A stretch of DNA of 64,000 nt from positions 4,675 to 68,674 of the forward strand of contig JBDROJ010000023.1 of NCBI GenBank assembly GCA_043810165.1, in the 5' to 3' direction. The stretch's first letter is position 1. Each line of letters starts with the position of its first letter. Under the pieces are notes generated by a model that was given only the letters and a program-made list of their open reading frames with translations, did no database searches and was not told the DNA's origin. Shown one piece after another: positions 37,601-47,410 of the stretch. The DNA is from a bacterium (GTDB taxonomy: Bacteria > Patescibacteriota > Patescibacteriia > Magasanikbacterales > GWA2-37-8). Position numbers and translations under genes: made by a program.

Positions 37601-38509
37601 TCACTTGTGTGCACAGCCTCTTATTTCATCTAAATTACCTATTCCTTCTTTTTTCATGATTTCTTGCATCTCATTGGTTATTTTTTTAAACACATCTTCG
37701 CCACGGAAATACACAGCTGAACCAACGCCTAATAGAGTTGCGCCAGCCATGATCATGGCTAGAGCATCTTCGCCGGTGGTGATACCCCCGGTGCCGATGA
37801 TAGGGATTTTGACAGATTGATAAATACTATAGACACAGTTCAAAGCGATTGGGAATAAGGCTGGTCCAGAAACACCGCCTTGTTTGTTGTGTAGTACGGG
37901 TCGTCGGCTATGGATATCAATACTTATGCCACTGATTGTGTTAACGGCCACAATTCCATCGGCTCCAGCAGATTCAGCGGCCTTAGCGATTTCAGTTATA
38001 TTCCAGGCATTGGGTGAAAGTTTAGTTAATACTGGTACAGTGGATTTTTCTTTGACTTTTTTTGTAATTGTTTCAACCGCTTCAACCGAATAGGCAAATG
38101 GTTTGCCAAATTCTTTCATTACATTGGGGCAGGAAATATTCACTTCCAAAAAATCAATCGGTGCCTGACAAATTTTTTCTGCTGTCTCGCCAAATTCGTC
38201 AAAACTACCAGCAAAAATACTGCCGATCAATGGTGCGTTGCAAACCTGTTTGAATTTTTCCAATTCAGGCAAAACATTATCAACTCCTGGGTTGGATAGG
38301 CCAACTGCATTAATAAAATAATGTTCAGTTCCCATCATGGTGGGGTTGGGGTGGCCGGGGCGCGTATCTTTGGAAACTGATTTGATGGTAATACCGCCAC
38401 AACCGTTTTTAACTGCGTTTTTCATGCAAGCAGAAGTCACACCAAGAATTCCCGAAGCTAAAACAACGGGATTATCAAATTTTTTGCCTAGAAATGTTGT
38501 TTGTAGCAT
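37601..38509 (-). CDS. pyrD: Dihydroorotate dehydrogenase (class 1B)
   Basis: NAVGLSNPG, EVNISCPN, KLSPN, GGVSG. Confidence 0.96.
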   Translation of the reverse strand: MLQTTFLGKKFDNPVVLASGILGVTSACMKNAVKNGCGGITIKSVSKDTRPGHPNPTMMGTEHYFINAVGLSNPGVDNVLPELEKFKQVCNAPLIGSIFAGSFDEFGETAEKICQAPIDFLEVNISCPNVMKEFGKPFAYSVEAVETITKKVKEKSTVPVLTKLSPNAWNITEIAKAAESAGADGIVAVNTISGISIDIHSRRPVLHNKQGGVSGPALFPIALNCVYSIYQSVKIPIIGTGGITTGEDALAMIMAGATLLGVGSAVYFRGEDVFKKITNEMQEIMKKEGIGNLDEIRGCAHK

Positions 38510-38515
38510 AGACAC

Positions 38516-39472
38516 CTATTGTACCATATTTTCTTTTCCTAGCAACCACATTATTATGCCTTTTTGCGCGTGCATGCGATTTTCAGCTTGGTCAAAGATT
38601 ACTGAATTGGGATGATGAACAGCACTTTTGGTAATTTCATAACCAATATGACAAGGCATGCAGTGCATTATTTTAGCCTGCGGGGCATATTTTTCAATCA
38701 GTTCAGTGTTCAATTGGTAAGGCATAAATTTTGCTTTTCTTTGTGCAAATTCCGTTTGTTTTTCCGGTCTTACCTGCCCGTCAGCAAAAAATTCCATGTC
38801 CATCCAAGTATCAGTATGTATGTAATCAGCTCCGGTTAGAGCTTCTTCTAGGTCTAAATTTTTAGTGACGAGTCCTGTACTTTCTGCCTGTTGATCTAAT
38901 TCAACATCAATACTTGGTTGATTAATTTCCGGCGCTACTATATGAATTTTGATGCCTAGTTTAGTGCACATTAGTTTTAATGTATTGGATACATTATTTT
39001 CAATACCTAACCAAACAACCTTTTTGATGTTCTCTACGCCATTAGAATTTTCAATCATGGTTAGAAGATCGCTTAAAGCTTGAGCCGGATGATATTTTTC
39101 ACTGCAAGCATCAATTACAGGTATTTGATTTTGCGAAGCCGCTAATTCAACGTCATCTGCCTTCATGGCTCTAAACATTAGTATATGTCCGAAACGCATA
39201 ACCGCTTTGATCTCATCGTCAAAGTCAGTTAGAGAAAACTGCGTAGTTTTTGAATCCACAAAAATGGCGTGTCCTCCCAGCTCGGTCATGCCAGTTTCAA
39301 AAGATAATCTAGTTCTTGTAGAACTTTTTTGGAATAACATTACCATTGTTTGGTTGGGTAGATAATTTGTTAGTTCGCCGGCTGTCCGTTTAGCCTTAAT
39401 CTTTTGGGCTACATCCAAAATTTTCAAGATTTCCTCTTTGCTTTGCTCCTTGAGCGAAATGAGATGTCTCAT
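38516..39472 (-). CDS. argF: Ornithine carbamoyltransferase (divergent)
   Basis: [28 protein letters not shown]; SMG loop replaced by DME. Confidence 0.8.
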   Translation of the reverse strand: MRHLISLKEQSKEEILKILDVAQKIKAKRTAGELTNYLPNQTMVMLFQKSSTRTRLSFETGMTELGGHAIFVDSKTTQFSLTDFDDEIKAVMRFGHILMFRAMKADDVELAASQNQIPVIDACSEKYHPAQALSDLLTMIENSNGVENIKKVVWLGIENNVSNTLKLMCTKLGIKIHIVAPEINQPSIDVELDQQAESTGLVTKNLDLEEALTGADYIHTDTWMDMEFFADGQVRPEKQTEFAQRKAKFMPYQLNTELIEKYAPQAKIMHCMPCHIGYEITKSAVHHPNSVIFDQAENRMHAQKGIIMWLLGKENMVQ

Positions 39473-39488
39473 ATGATATATTTAATTA

Positions 39489-40694
39489 TTAACATTTATA
39501 TAATTTATTATTTAAAACAGTGTAAACTGGCCAACCAGTTAATTCCCATCCATGGAATGGAGACCAACCACATTTGGTTTTTAAATTTTTGTTTTCTACT
39601 TTTTTAACTAGATTTAAGTCCACGATTACCTTGTCGTTATTATTAGGTAGATTGAATATCTTTTGTATATTCGTTCTAGTTAATTTTATTATTTTTTCTA
39701 AACTGATCTTATTCTGGCTATGGGCATTTAATAATAATGGTAACAGTGTTTCTATTCCTGGCACTCCAGACGGGGATTGTGGATATGGTTTGGCTTTTTC
39801 TTTTAAACTATGAGGCGCATGATCAGTGCCAATTGTATCAATTACACCATCACCAATGGCCTGCCACAAGGCCCGTTGGTCTTCTAATGTACGTACAGGC
39901 GGGTTCATTTGTGCTTTGGTGCCCAACTGATCATAATCATCCTCTGTTAAAAATAAGTGATGCGGAGTAACCTCGGCGTATACTTCAATGCCACGATTTT
40001 TAGCTTGTTTAATAATTTCAATTTCTTCTTTTGTGTTTATATGACAAATATACAATTTAGTTCCATATTTTTCAGCCAGTTCAACGGCTTGTTTAACTGC
40101 TTTAGTAGCTGCTTGGCGGTCACGAATTTTCGAATGCATTTTTACGTTATTAGAATCAGTATAATTCTCTTGAATAATAGATTCGTCCTCAGCGTGTACA
40201 GCCACAACCAGATCTGACGCAGTCGCAGCTTTAAACACTTTAGCTTGGTCCTCTTTTTTATTTACTAATAGGTTGCCAGTGCTAGATCCCATAAATAATT
40301 TTATACCAATGATTTCATTTTTTAACAAGCTATATGTATCGTGGTTGTTTGGGGTTGCGCCAAAGTATAAATAAAAATTTAGAGGCATGTTTACCTCCTT
40401 CAATTGTTTGTTGATGATTACTTGTTTACTTTTAAGGCTATCCGAATCAATCGTGTCTGGAGAGTTGTTTGGCATGTCAAAAACAGTAGTAATACCACCA
40501 GCAATTGCTGTTCGAGCTCCGGTTTGCCAATCTTCTTTGTATTCTTGTCCGGGTGTGCGAAAATGAACATGTGGATCAATTAAAGCTGGTAAGATTGTTA
40601 AGGCCGAGCCGTTTATTGTTTGGTGTTTATCATCGTCGATAGTGTAATCGAGCTTTCCTCCAGTAGCGGTATTTAGTTTCTCAATACGAGTCAT
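39489..40694 (-). CDS. pyrC: Dihydroorotase
   Basis: DPHVHFR, DMPN, EVTPHHL, NPP, TDHAPH. Confidence 0.95.
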   Translation of the reverse strand: MTRIEKLNTATGGKLDYTIDDDKHQTINGSALTILPALIDPHVHFRTPGQEYKEDWQTGARTAIAGGITTVFDMPNNSPDTIDSDSLKSKQVIINKQLKEVNMPLNFYLYFGATPNNHDTYSLLKNEIIGIKLFMGSSTGNLLVNKKEDQAKVFKAATASDLVVAVHAEDESIIQENYTDSNNVKMHSKIRDRQAATKAVKQAVELAEKYGTKLYICHINTKEEIEIIKQAKNRGIEVYAEVTPHHLFLTEDDYDQLGTKAQMNPPVRTLEDQRALWQAIGDGVIDTIGTDHAPHSLKEKAKPYPQSPSGVPGIETLLPLLLNAHSQNKISLEKIIKLTRTNIQKIFNLPNNNDKVIVDLNLVKKVENKNLKTKCGWSPFHGWELTGWPVYTVLNNKLYKC

Positions 40695-40695
40695 A

Positions 40696-41160
40696 TTAAT
40701 TATTTTTGTACTCCCTGATTTCTTTCTGCATGAATATTTTTTCGCAATAATGACACTGTAATTTCATATGATCACCATTAGCGATAACTTTAAAGACTGT
40801 CTCAGTATCATCATTGTTTGTAATACATTTAGGGTTGGGGCAAACAACTACATGCTTAATTTTTTTTGGGATTTTTACTTGACTTTTTTTAATTACTTCG
40901 TAATTTCTAATAATATTAATAGTGGCATTAGGTGCCAAAATAGCTACTCGATCAACTTCTTCATCAGTCAATTCACGTTCTTCTACCTTGATTATATCTT
41001 TGACTTTATCACTTTTTTGGCTGTGTAAATTTAATCCAACCGTGACTGTCTTGCTAAGCATTGGCAGATTTAAAATACGAATTATTTTTAAAGCGTTCTC
41101 AGTATAAATATGATCAATGACCGTACCATCTTTGATGGCTGAAACTAATAGAGTTTTCAT
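40696..41160 (-). CDS. pyrI: Aspartate carbamoyltransferase regulatory chain
   Basis: IKDGTVIDHI, CPNPKCITN, CHYCE. Confidence 0.97.
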   Translation of the reverse strand: MKTLLVSAIKDGTVIDHIYTENALKIIRILNLPMLSKTVTVGLNLHSQKSDKVKDIIKVEERELTDEEVDRVAILAPNATINIIRNYEVIKKSQVKIPKKIKHVVVCPNPKCITNNDDTETVFKVIANGDHMKLQCHYCEKIFMQKEIREYKNN

Positions 41161-41207
41161 AAGCGAATGGAATGAATAAGATTATACCTTGGCATAATCT
41201 TAATTAA

Positions 41208-42125
41208 TTATTGTAATTTACCTAATACCAAACCCAGCAAGGCTTGTCTGACATATAAACCATTTTCAGCTTGTTCAAAGTAGTAAGCGTGACTTGTTGT
41301 ATCCACATCAGTAGAAATTTCATTAACTCGAGGTAGGGGGTGCATGATTTTTAAATTAGATTTAGCATTTTTAAGCATATCAGCTTCAAGTATAAACACA
41401 TTTTTGATGCGTTCGTATTCCATGGGGTCAGCAAAACGCTCTTTTTGTATACGGGTCATATAGATAATGTCAGTTTTATCAGTAATGTCCTCTATTTTTT
41501 CATGTAGGGTAAAATTGATCCCTTTTTCTTTTAGTTCGTTGCAGATATATTCTGGCATTTGTAGTTCTTTAGGAGCAACAAAGTATAATTGACAATTAAA
41601 ATGTGTTAGAGCTTGGGCCAAAGAGTGGACGGTACGGCCATATTTTAAATCACCTACCAAGGCAATGTGTAATCCATCAATTTTTTGTTGGCATTCTTGG
41701 ATAGTGAACAGATCAAGTAAAGTTTGGGTGGGGTGCTGGTTGGCTCCGTCTCCGCCGTTAATGATTGGTTTATCTGTGGATTCAGTTGCGCGTCTGGCCG
41801 AACCCTCGATTGGATGGCGCATGGCGATCACGTCCACATATTGACCAATGATTCTCATAGAATCATAAATAGATTCTCCTTTTTTAGCTGAAGTAACTCC
41901 GGCTTGAGCAAAACCCACTACACTTCCACCCAATCTCTCCATAGCAGTTTCAAATGATAGACGCGTGCGCGTGGATGGTTCAAAAAAACAACTGCCCATT
42001 ACCTTGTTTTGTAGCAATTGCGGTTGTGGGGTCTGTTTAAGTATTTTAGCCTGCCCCAATATGTGTAGGATCTCATTTTTATTTAGATCCTTGATGGAAA
42101 CGATATCTTTGTTGGTAAAATCCAT
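41208..42125 (-). CDS. pyrB: Aspartate carbamoyltransferase catalytic chain
   Basis: [32 protein letters not shown]. Confidence 0.98.
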   Translation of the reverse strand: MDFTNKDIVSIKDLNKNEILHILGQAKILKQTPQPQLLQNKVMGSCFFEPSTRTRLSFETAMERLGGSVVGFAQAGVTSAKKGESIYDSMRIIGQYVDVIAMRHPIEGSARRATESTDKPIINGGDGANQHPTQTLLDLFTIQECQQKIDGLHIALVGDLKYGRTVHSLAQALTHFNCQLYFVAPKELQMPEYICNELKEKGINFTLHEKIEDITDKTDIIYMTRIQKERFADPMEYERIKNVFILEADMLKNAKSNLKIMHPLPRVNEISTDVDTTSHAYYFEQAENGLYVRQALLGLVLGKLQ

Positions 42126-42157
42126 ATGCAAGATAGATGAATTAATAAATTTTTTTT

Positions 42158-42187
42158 AAAAAAATAGCCACTCCTCACGGAGTGGCC
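42158..42187 (-). terminator. Leader terminator upstream of pyrB
   Basis: GGCCACTCC-GTGA-GGAGTGGCT-ATTTTTTT lies between the promoter and pyrB. Confidence 0.85.
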
Positions 42188-42192
42188 GATTG

Positions 42193-42234
42193 CTAATTAA
42201 GATTTTCAATTGTGTATAGGTAGGTATATTTCAT
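42193..42234 (-). CDS. Putative pyr leader uORF MKYTYLYTIENLN
   Basis: Starts 14 nt after the -10 element; stop 5 nt before the terminator stem. Confidence 0.5.
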   Translation of the reverse strand: MKYTYLYTIENLN

Positions 42235-42248
42235 AGGCTCTGTTACAG

Positions 42249-42294
42249 AGTATAGCAGAGTACCTGGCAGTGGTCAAATGTCGACTTATCCACA
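42249..42294 (-). promoter_or_regulatory. pyr promoter TTGACC-17-TATACT with DnaA box 8 bp upstream
   Basis: TTATCCACA at 42286-42294 on the + strand. Confidence 0.75.
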
Positions 42295-42312
42295 TATTTT
42301 GGTCACTCTTTG

Positions 42313-43611
42313 TTATTTTAATTTTTGTATTTGATGCTCATAGTGTTCAAGATTTAAATTCCCAGGTGCCCCTAGGCTGATTTTTGTTTTAATATTTTGT
42401 TCCATATTAATATTTGTACTATCTAATTGGTCCATGGCTTGGCAGTAAGCATCTCGAAAAGATAGTTTTTTTTGTATCACCATATCATTGGCAATATCAG
42501 CAGTAAAGATCTCTTTGCTGATAGTTTTTTTGATTTTTTCTTGATTGGGTTTAGTGCCTTGTATAAATAACTGAACTATGAGCAGGCTTTTTTTAATTAT
42601 ATCCACACTTTCTATTAGTGGTTTTTTAATTAATTGCAAATCTCGATGATAGCCCGAGGTGGTATGGGTAACTAGATGTTTAATAGTATTCTGGTGTGAA
42701 ATCATCACACTGATATTGGCTCGCAGTATCTCCATGGCGTCAAGATTTTTCTTTTGTGGCATAATACTAGAACCAGTAGTGAACTGTTCTTCTATAGTAA
42801 AGAAACCAAATTCTTGGCTGGTGAATAAAATCAAATCATTGGCGAATTTACTCAGAGTCATCATAACTTGTAAGAGACCTTCTAAAAATAGGCTTTCAAA
42901 TTTACCTCGACTGTTCTGGCAATACAAGCTATTGATTTGAATATTTTTGAATCCTAATTCAGCTGTGGTCAAATGTCTGTCTATGGGTATGGATGTACCA
43001 AAGCCGGCTGCGCTACCCAAGGGATTTTTATCGATGGCATCAAAAATATCTGTCAGGGTTTTGTGGTCGTCTAATAGGCTTTCTACAAAACTGGCATAGT
43101 AATGTCCCAGACTGCTTAACATGGCCTGTTGGGTATGAGAATAGCCGGGCAGAGGAATATTTTTGTATAGTTTAGCTTTCTTTAGAAACATTTCAGCAGT
43201 TTTTAATACTTCAGCATTGGTATTTTTTATCATGTCTTTCATATATAATCTTAAGGCAACTAATACCTGATCATTTCTACTTCGGCCAGTGTGGATTTTT
43301 TTGCCAACCACTCCTAGTTTGTCAGTTAGGTATTTTTCAATAACCGTATGACAATCTTCGTCAGCCAGAGCAATTACTATCTCATCATTTTTGAATTTTT
43401 GTTCAAGTTCAGTTAAACCAGAACACAACTGTTCCAATTCATTTTTATCTAATATTCCGGCCTGTTCCAGTGCTTTGGCATGAGCTTGGCTAGCTTGAAT
43501 ATCATAGGTCATTAATTCTTTGTCCAATATATGGTCTTGGCCAACCGTGTATTGTTCAACCAATGGGTGAAGTTTGGTTTGGTTTTTTTGCCACAGTTTT
43601 TGTTTGTTCAT
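42313..43611 (-). CDS. argH: Argininosuccinate lyase
   Basis: HTGRSRNDQV, PGYSHTQQA, GSSIMPQKKN. Confidence 0.96.
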   Translation of the reverse strand: MNKQKLWQKNQTKLHPLVEQYTVGQDHILDKELMTYDIQASQAHAKALEQAGILDKNELEQLCSGLTELEQKFKNDEIVIALADEDCHTVIEKYLTDKLGVVGKKIHTGRSRNDQVLVALRLYMKDMIKNTNAEVLKTAEMFLKKAKLYKNIPLPGYSHTQQAMLSSLGHYYASFVESLLDDHKTLTDIFDAIDKNPLGSAAGFGTSIPIDRHLTTAELGFKNIQINSLYCQNSRGKFESLFLEGLLQVMMTLSKFANDLILFTSQEFGFFTIEEQFTTGSSIMPQKKNLDAMEILRANISVMISHQNTIKHLVTHTTSGYHRDLQLIKKPLIESVDIIKKSLLIVQLFIQGTKPNQEKIKKTISKEIFTADIANDMVIQKKLSFRDAYCQAMDQLDSTNINMEQNIKTKISLGAPGNLNLEHYEHQIQKLK

Positions 43612-43615
43612 ATAA

Positions 43616-44890
43616 TTAATTTTTTAGTAATTCATTTTCGTAATTATATACATTGTAAGCTGTTTTTTGTGGCAAGTTCCAGATCTCAATGAATCCAGGA
43701 GAAGCATTTTGATTGAATTTAGGATTTTTGTCAAAAGTAGCTAGATCTTTGTCAAACAAAGAGTATGGGGATTCCAGAGCAACCACATCGATATTTCCTT
43801 TATATAATTTTACCTTGACTTTGCCAGTCACTTTTTTGTTATGACTGTTTGAAAAGGCATGTATATGATACATGACTGGGTCATACCATTTGGCACCATA
43901 GGTTAGGTATGCCCATTTGTTATCCAGAAATTCTTTTAATTCGTTTTCTTCTCTAGTAGAAACAATCTGTTCCAATTTTTTATGAGCTGAAATTAAGATA
44001 TTAGCGCCCGGGTTTTCATATACACCCCTGACTTTCAAACCAACTACCCTATCTTCAATTAAGTGTACACAACCAACACCGTGTTGCGCGCCAATATGAT
44101 TGCATTCCAAAATAATTCGACTTAATTTTTTAGCTTGGCCATTAACGGCGATTGGCTTGCCTTGTTCAAATTCAATTTCCACTATTTCTGGTTTATCCGG
44201 AGCATTTTCTGGTGTGTTACACCATTGCAATATATTTTCAACAGGTGGAATTAATTTTGGATCTTCGATTTCTCCGCCTTCGGCTGTATTGCTCCACATG
44301 TTTTCATCATAAGAATATGGAGTCTGCTTTTTTTGTTTTATTTCTATCCCATGTTTTTCTGCGTAAGCAATTTCTTCTTCTCTGCCCATGCCCCATTCCC
44401 TTACCGGTGCAATAATTTTTAAATTTGGGTCCAGAGTAGTCATATATCCTTCAAACCTAACTTGGTCATTGCCTTTGCCAGTACAACCATGAGCGATTAC
44501 TTTAATGCCGTGCTGTTGGGCAATTTTAACAGCGGTTTTTGAAATTATCACCCTCCCCAGAGGACAACCCAAAGCATAACCTCCTTGGTAATCAGCATTG
44601 GCCTTGATGGCTTCTGACAATATTATATCGGCAAATTCATCTTTAGCATCATAAACGATTGCGTCGCTAGCACCTAAATCCAGGGCTTTTTGCTTAATTT
44701 CTTCTAAATTATCTGCAGTTTGCCCGATATCTATAGTCAAAGTAACTACTTTGCTGTTGTATTCTTCTTGTATCCATTTAAGCATGACCGAAGTGTCTAA
44801 TCCTCCGGAATAGAGTAATAGGCATTGATCAAAATCTCCTTTTTCAGCTTCATACGAAGCTACTTTTTTGTATTTTGTTTGATTGTCCAT
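43616..44890 (-). CDS. argG: Argininosuccinate synthase
   Basis: YSGGLDTS, HGCTGKGNDQVRF, YSYDENMW. Confidence 0.97.
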   Translation of the reverse strand: MDNQTKYKKVASYEAEKGDFDQCLLLYSGGLDTSVMLKWIQEEYNSKVVTLTIDIGQTADNLEEIKQKALDLGASDAIVYDAKDEFADIILSEAIKANADYQGGYALGCPLGRVIISKTAVKIAQQHGIKVIAHGCTGKGNDQVRFEGYMTTLDPNLKIIAPVREWGMGREEEIAYAEKHGIEIKQKKQTPYSYDENMWSNTAEGGEIEDPKLIPPVENILQWCNTPENAPDKPEIVEIEFEQGKPIAVNGQAKKLSRIILECNHIGAQHGVGCVHLIEDRVVGLKVRGVYENPGANILISAHKKLEQIVSTREENELKEFLDNKWAYLTYGAKWYDPVMYHIHAFSNSHNKKVTGKVKVKLYKGNIDVVALESPYSLFDKDLATFDKNPKFNQNASPGFIEIWNLPQKTAYNVYNYENELLKN

Positions 44891-44920
44891 ACATTTGTTG
44901 CTTGTGTTAATTAAATAATT

Positions 44921-44946
44921 AAAAAACTTCTGGGAGCTCCAGAAGT
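44921..44946 (-). terminator. Attenuator terminator upstream of argG
   Basis: ACTTCTGG-AGCTC-CCAGAAGT-TTTTT. Confidence 0.85.
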
Positions 44947-44974
44947 AAATGTGGTAGTATTGACTAGTTAAAGG

Positions 44975-45043
44975 TCAACGCAAACAACCACGCTTCCGAA
45001 GCGCGTGTTTACGACGACGATTTTGTTTAGTCTTGATAATCAT
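44975..45043 (-). CDS. Arg-rich leader peptide MIIKTKQNRRRKHALRKRGCLR
   Basis: CGT-CGT-CGT run, 6 Arg in 22 aa, alternative hairpins, directly upstream of argG. Confidence 0.85.
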   Translation of the reverse strand: MIIKTKQNRRRKHALRKRGCLR

Positions 45044-45052
45044 ACTAGGTCT

Positions 45053-45096
45053 ACCATATCTCATTTCTTAAGAACTTGTCAAATAGGTTATCCACA
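45053..45096 (-). promoter_or_regulatory. argGH promoter TTGACA-18-TATGGT with DnaA box 5 bp upstream
   Basis: TTATCCACA at 45088-45096 on the + strand. Confidence 0.65.
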
Positions 45097-46653
45097 CTAG
45101 TTTAATTTTTCTTTTAATAATTTTTCTACTACTTTGGGATCAGCACTGCCTTCAGTGGCTTTCATGGCCATGCCAATTAAGAATTTAATGACCGGTTCTT
45201 TGCCTGATCGGTATTCTTTTACTTGTTTGGGGTAGTTTTTAATAACATCATCAATTATATATCCAATTTTACCCTCGTCACTAACTTGTCCATAGCCTTT
45301 TTCTTCCATAATATGAGTTGGATCTTTATCAGTTTTAGCTTCTATCATTTCATTTAATATTTTTAAAGCATTAGTGGAATTTACTCGCTTTGCATAGACC
45401 AAGGCTATGAGCTCCGCAAAATTTTCCGGCTTGGTTTTTAAATCAGTTATATTAATTTTTTTATCACTCATAGTGCCCATGAGTTTGCTAGTAAGCCAAC
45501 CGCCGGCCAAGCGCGCTAATTCAGTATGTATATTTAATTGATCAATAACACCCTGACCGCCTGTTTTTGTTTCAGGCAAATTTTCTATCCAGTCTGCTAA
45601 TTCGCTCATTACATTTTCAGTATAGCTAGCCCAATGCTTGTCAGCTGCAAGAAGTTCGGCGTCAGAAGGCTTGAGGCCGAATTCTTCACAAAAACGGCCT
45701 CGTTTTTGATGGGGGAGTTCGGGAATGGAAATTTTTCCGGCAATTTTTTTCGGTTCAAAAGGAGGAATATCAGGTTCTGGAAAATATCGATAGTCAGCCG
45801 ATGTCTCTTTACTGCGTTGCCAGTATGTTTGTTGTTTGCCATCATCCCAGCCTCGGGTTTGTTGTTCCCATTTTTCTCCGTTGGCTATCAATTTGGTTTG
45901 CCTATCAATTTCATGGTCTATTGCCTTGGAGATGAAGCGGAAAGAATTGATGTTTTTTAATTCTACCTTAGAATTGAGTTCGTATCCTTTTTTCCCAATA
46001 ATGGCCCCATCCTTTTTTTCTGTTTTTCCGGCTTCTTGCACCGATATATTGGCTTCACAGCGCATGTGGCCTTTTTCCATATCAGCATCGCTTATGCCCA
46101 GGTGGCGGAAAATTAATTGTAATTCTTGACAGTATTTTTTGGCTTCAGTTGCATTTTGAATGTCTGGCTCGGAGACAATTTCTACCAAAGGTATTCCAGA
46201 ACGATTGAAGTCAACAAGAGAATCAGTTTTACTGCCATGTGTAAGTTTGGCTGTGTCTTCTTCTAGGTGTACCCTGGTGATGCCGATTTTAGCTGTGTCA
46301 CGGCTATTTTCACCAGTAGGAAAGGCTAGTTCAATAAAGCCATGTTTGCCTATTGGCTGGTCGTATTGAGAAATTTGGTATCCTTTGGGCAAATCAGGAT
46401 AAAAATAATTTTTGCGGTCAAATTTGCTTTGATCAGCTATATTACAGTTAAGGGCCTTGGCAATTTTTACGGCCCATTCAATTGCTTTTTTGTTAGGTAC
46501 AGGCAAAGTGCCTGGATGTCCCAGGCATATTTCGCAAATATTAGTGTTTGGCTTTTGTTCATCAGGATGGTTTTTGCAACTACAAAACATTTTACTGTTT
46601 GTCTTCAATTCAACGTGAATTTCCATGCCGATTATTGGAACGTATTTTGGCAT
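45097..46653 (-). CDS. gatB: Asp/Glu-tRNA amidotransferase subunit B
   Basis: IGMEIHVEL, FDRKNYFYPDLPKGYQISQ, DYRYFPEPD. Confidence 0.98.
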   Translation of the reverse strand: MPKYVPIIGMEIHVELKTNSKMFCSCKNHPDEQKPNTNICEICLGHPGTLPVPNKKAIEWAVKIAKALNCNIADQSKFDRKNYFYPDLPKGYQISQYDQPIGKHGFIELAFPTGENSRDTAKIGITRVHLEEDTAKLTHGSKTDSLVDFNRSGIPLVEIVSEPDIQNATEAKKYCQELQLIFRHLGISDADMEKGHMRCEANISVQEAGKTEKKDGAIIGKKGYELNSKVELKNINSFRFISKAIDHEIDRQTKLIANGEKWEQQTRGWDDGKQQTYWQRSKETSADYRYFPEPDIPPFEPKKIAGKISIPELPHQKRGRFCEEFGLKPSDAELLAADKHWASYTENVMSELADWIENLPETKTGGQGVIDQLNIHTELARLAGGWLTSKLMGTMSDKKINITDLKTKPENFAELIALVYAKRVNSTNALKILNEMIEAKTDKDPTHIMEEKGYGQVSDEGKIGYIIDDVIKNYPKQVKEYRSGKEPVIKFLIGMAMKATEGSADPKVVEKLLKEKLN

Positions 46654-46656
46654 AAA

Positions 46657-47406
46657 CTATTTTTTAATTGGCGTGGTACTTATAGGATTATTTTTTGCCT
46701 GGACATATAAGATAACCAGAGAAATCATGATTAAAGGCGCGGCAAATGTATTAACAATTGAATTAATGATTATGCTGGCAATTAATTGCCAAGTCTGACT
46801 GCTTATTAGCGCCGATACAATAGTATTGAATATACTATCAGATATAATGATTATCAATCCAAACAGGATCAAAGGCAATATTAATCTTAATACTATTGGC
46901 CACCATCTACCCACAACTAGGTTCTTGCTGAAAGACAGCGATTCTATGACTTTTTTTTCATCAAGTACCACAGCATAAAATACAAATATAAACCAGATCA
47001 TGAATATTACGCCCGGAATTATGAAAAGAATATATCCCCCTATCATAATTAGGATCACTAGTATGGTAATCAAGATGGCCGGCCAAATTAGATGCCAAGA
47101 TGAGGTAAACATCTGTTTGCAGTCGCCTGGATTTTGATTCTCATAACAAGCTTTAATGGTCTTGGCCAAAGCTATCTTAACCCAGATACTATATATGGAA
47201 CTGGCCAAAAATACTATAAAAATAACAATGCTGATAAAAGGCAGGTATGCTTCAGCGTAAGCATATATGAATAAAAGCCCCACAGCCAGCGCGATTAAGA
47301 CAAAAGCTGGGATTAGAAGGAAAAGAATATAAGGCAGTATTTTCTTGAAATTTTTTTGATACAACTCTAAACTTTGCTTAATAAGCTCTATTGGTCCAAT
47401 TAGCAT
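46657..47406 (-). CDS. Integral membrane protein
   Basis: About 6 TM; FIIPGVI...SLSFSKNLVVGRWW pattern. Confidence 0.8.
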   Translation of the reverse strand: MLIGPIELIKQSLELYQKNFKKILPYILFLLIPAFVLIALAVGLLFIYAYAEAYLPFISIVIFIVFLASSIYSIWVKIALAKTIKACYENQNPGDCKQMFTSSWHLIWPAILITILVILIMIGGYILFIIPGVIFMIWFIFVFYAVVLDEKKVIESLSFSKNLVVGRWWPIVLRLILPLILFGLIIIISDSIFNTIVSALISSQTWQLIASIIINSIVNTFAAPLIMISLVILYVQAKNNPISTTPIKK

Positions 47407-47410
47407 ATGA

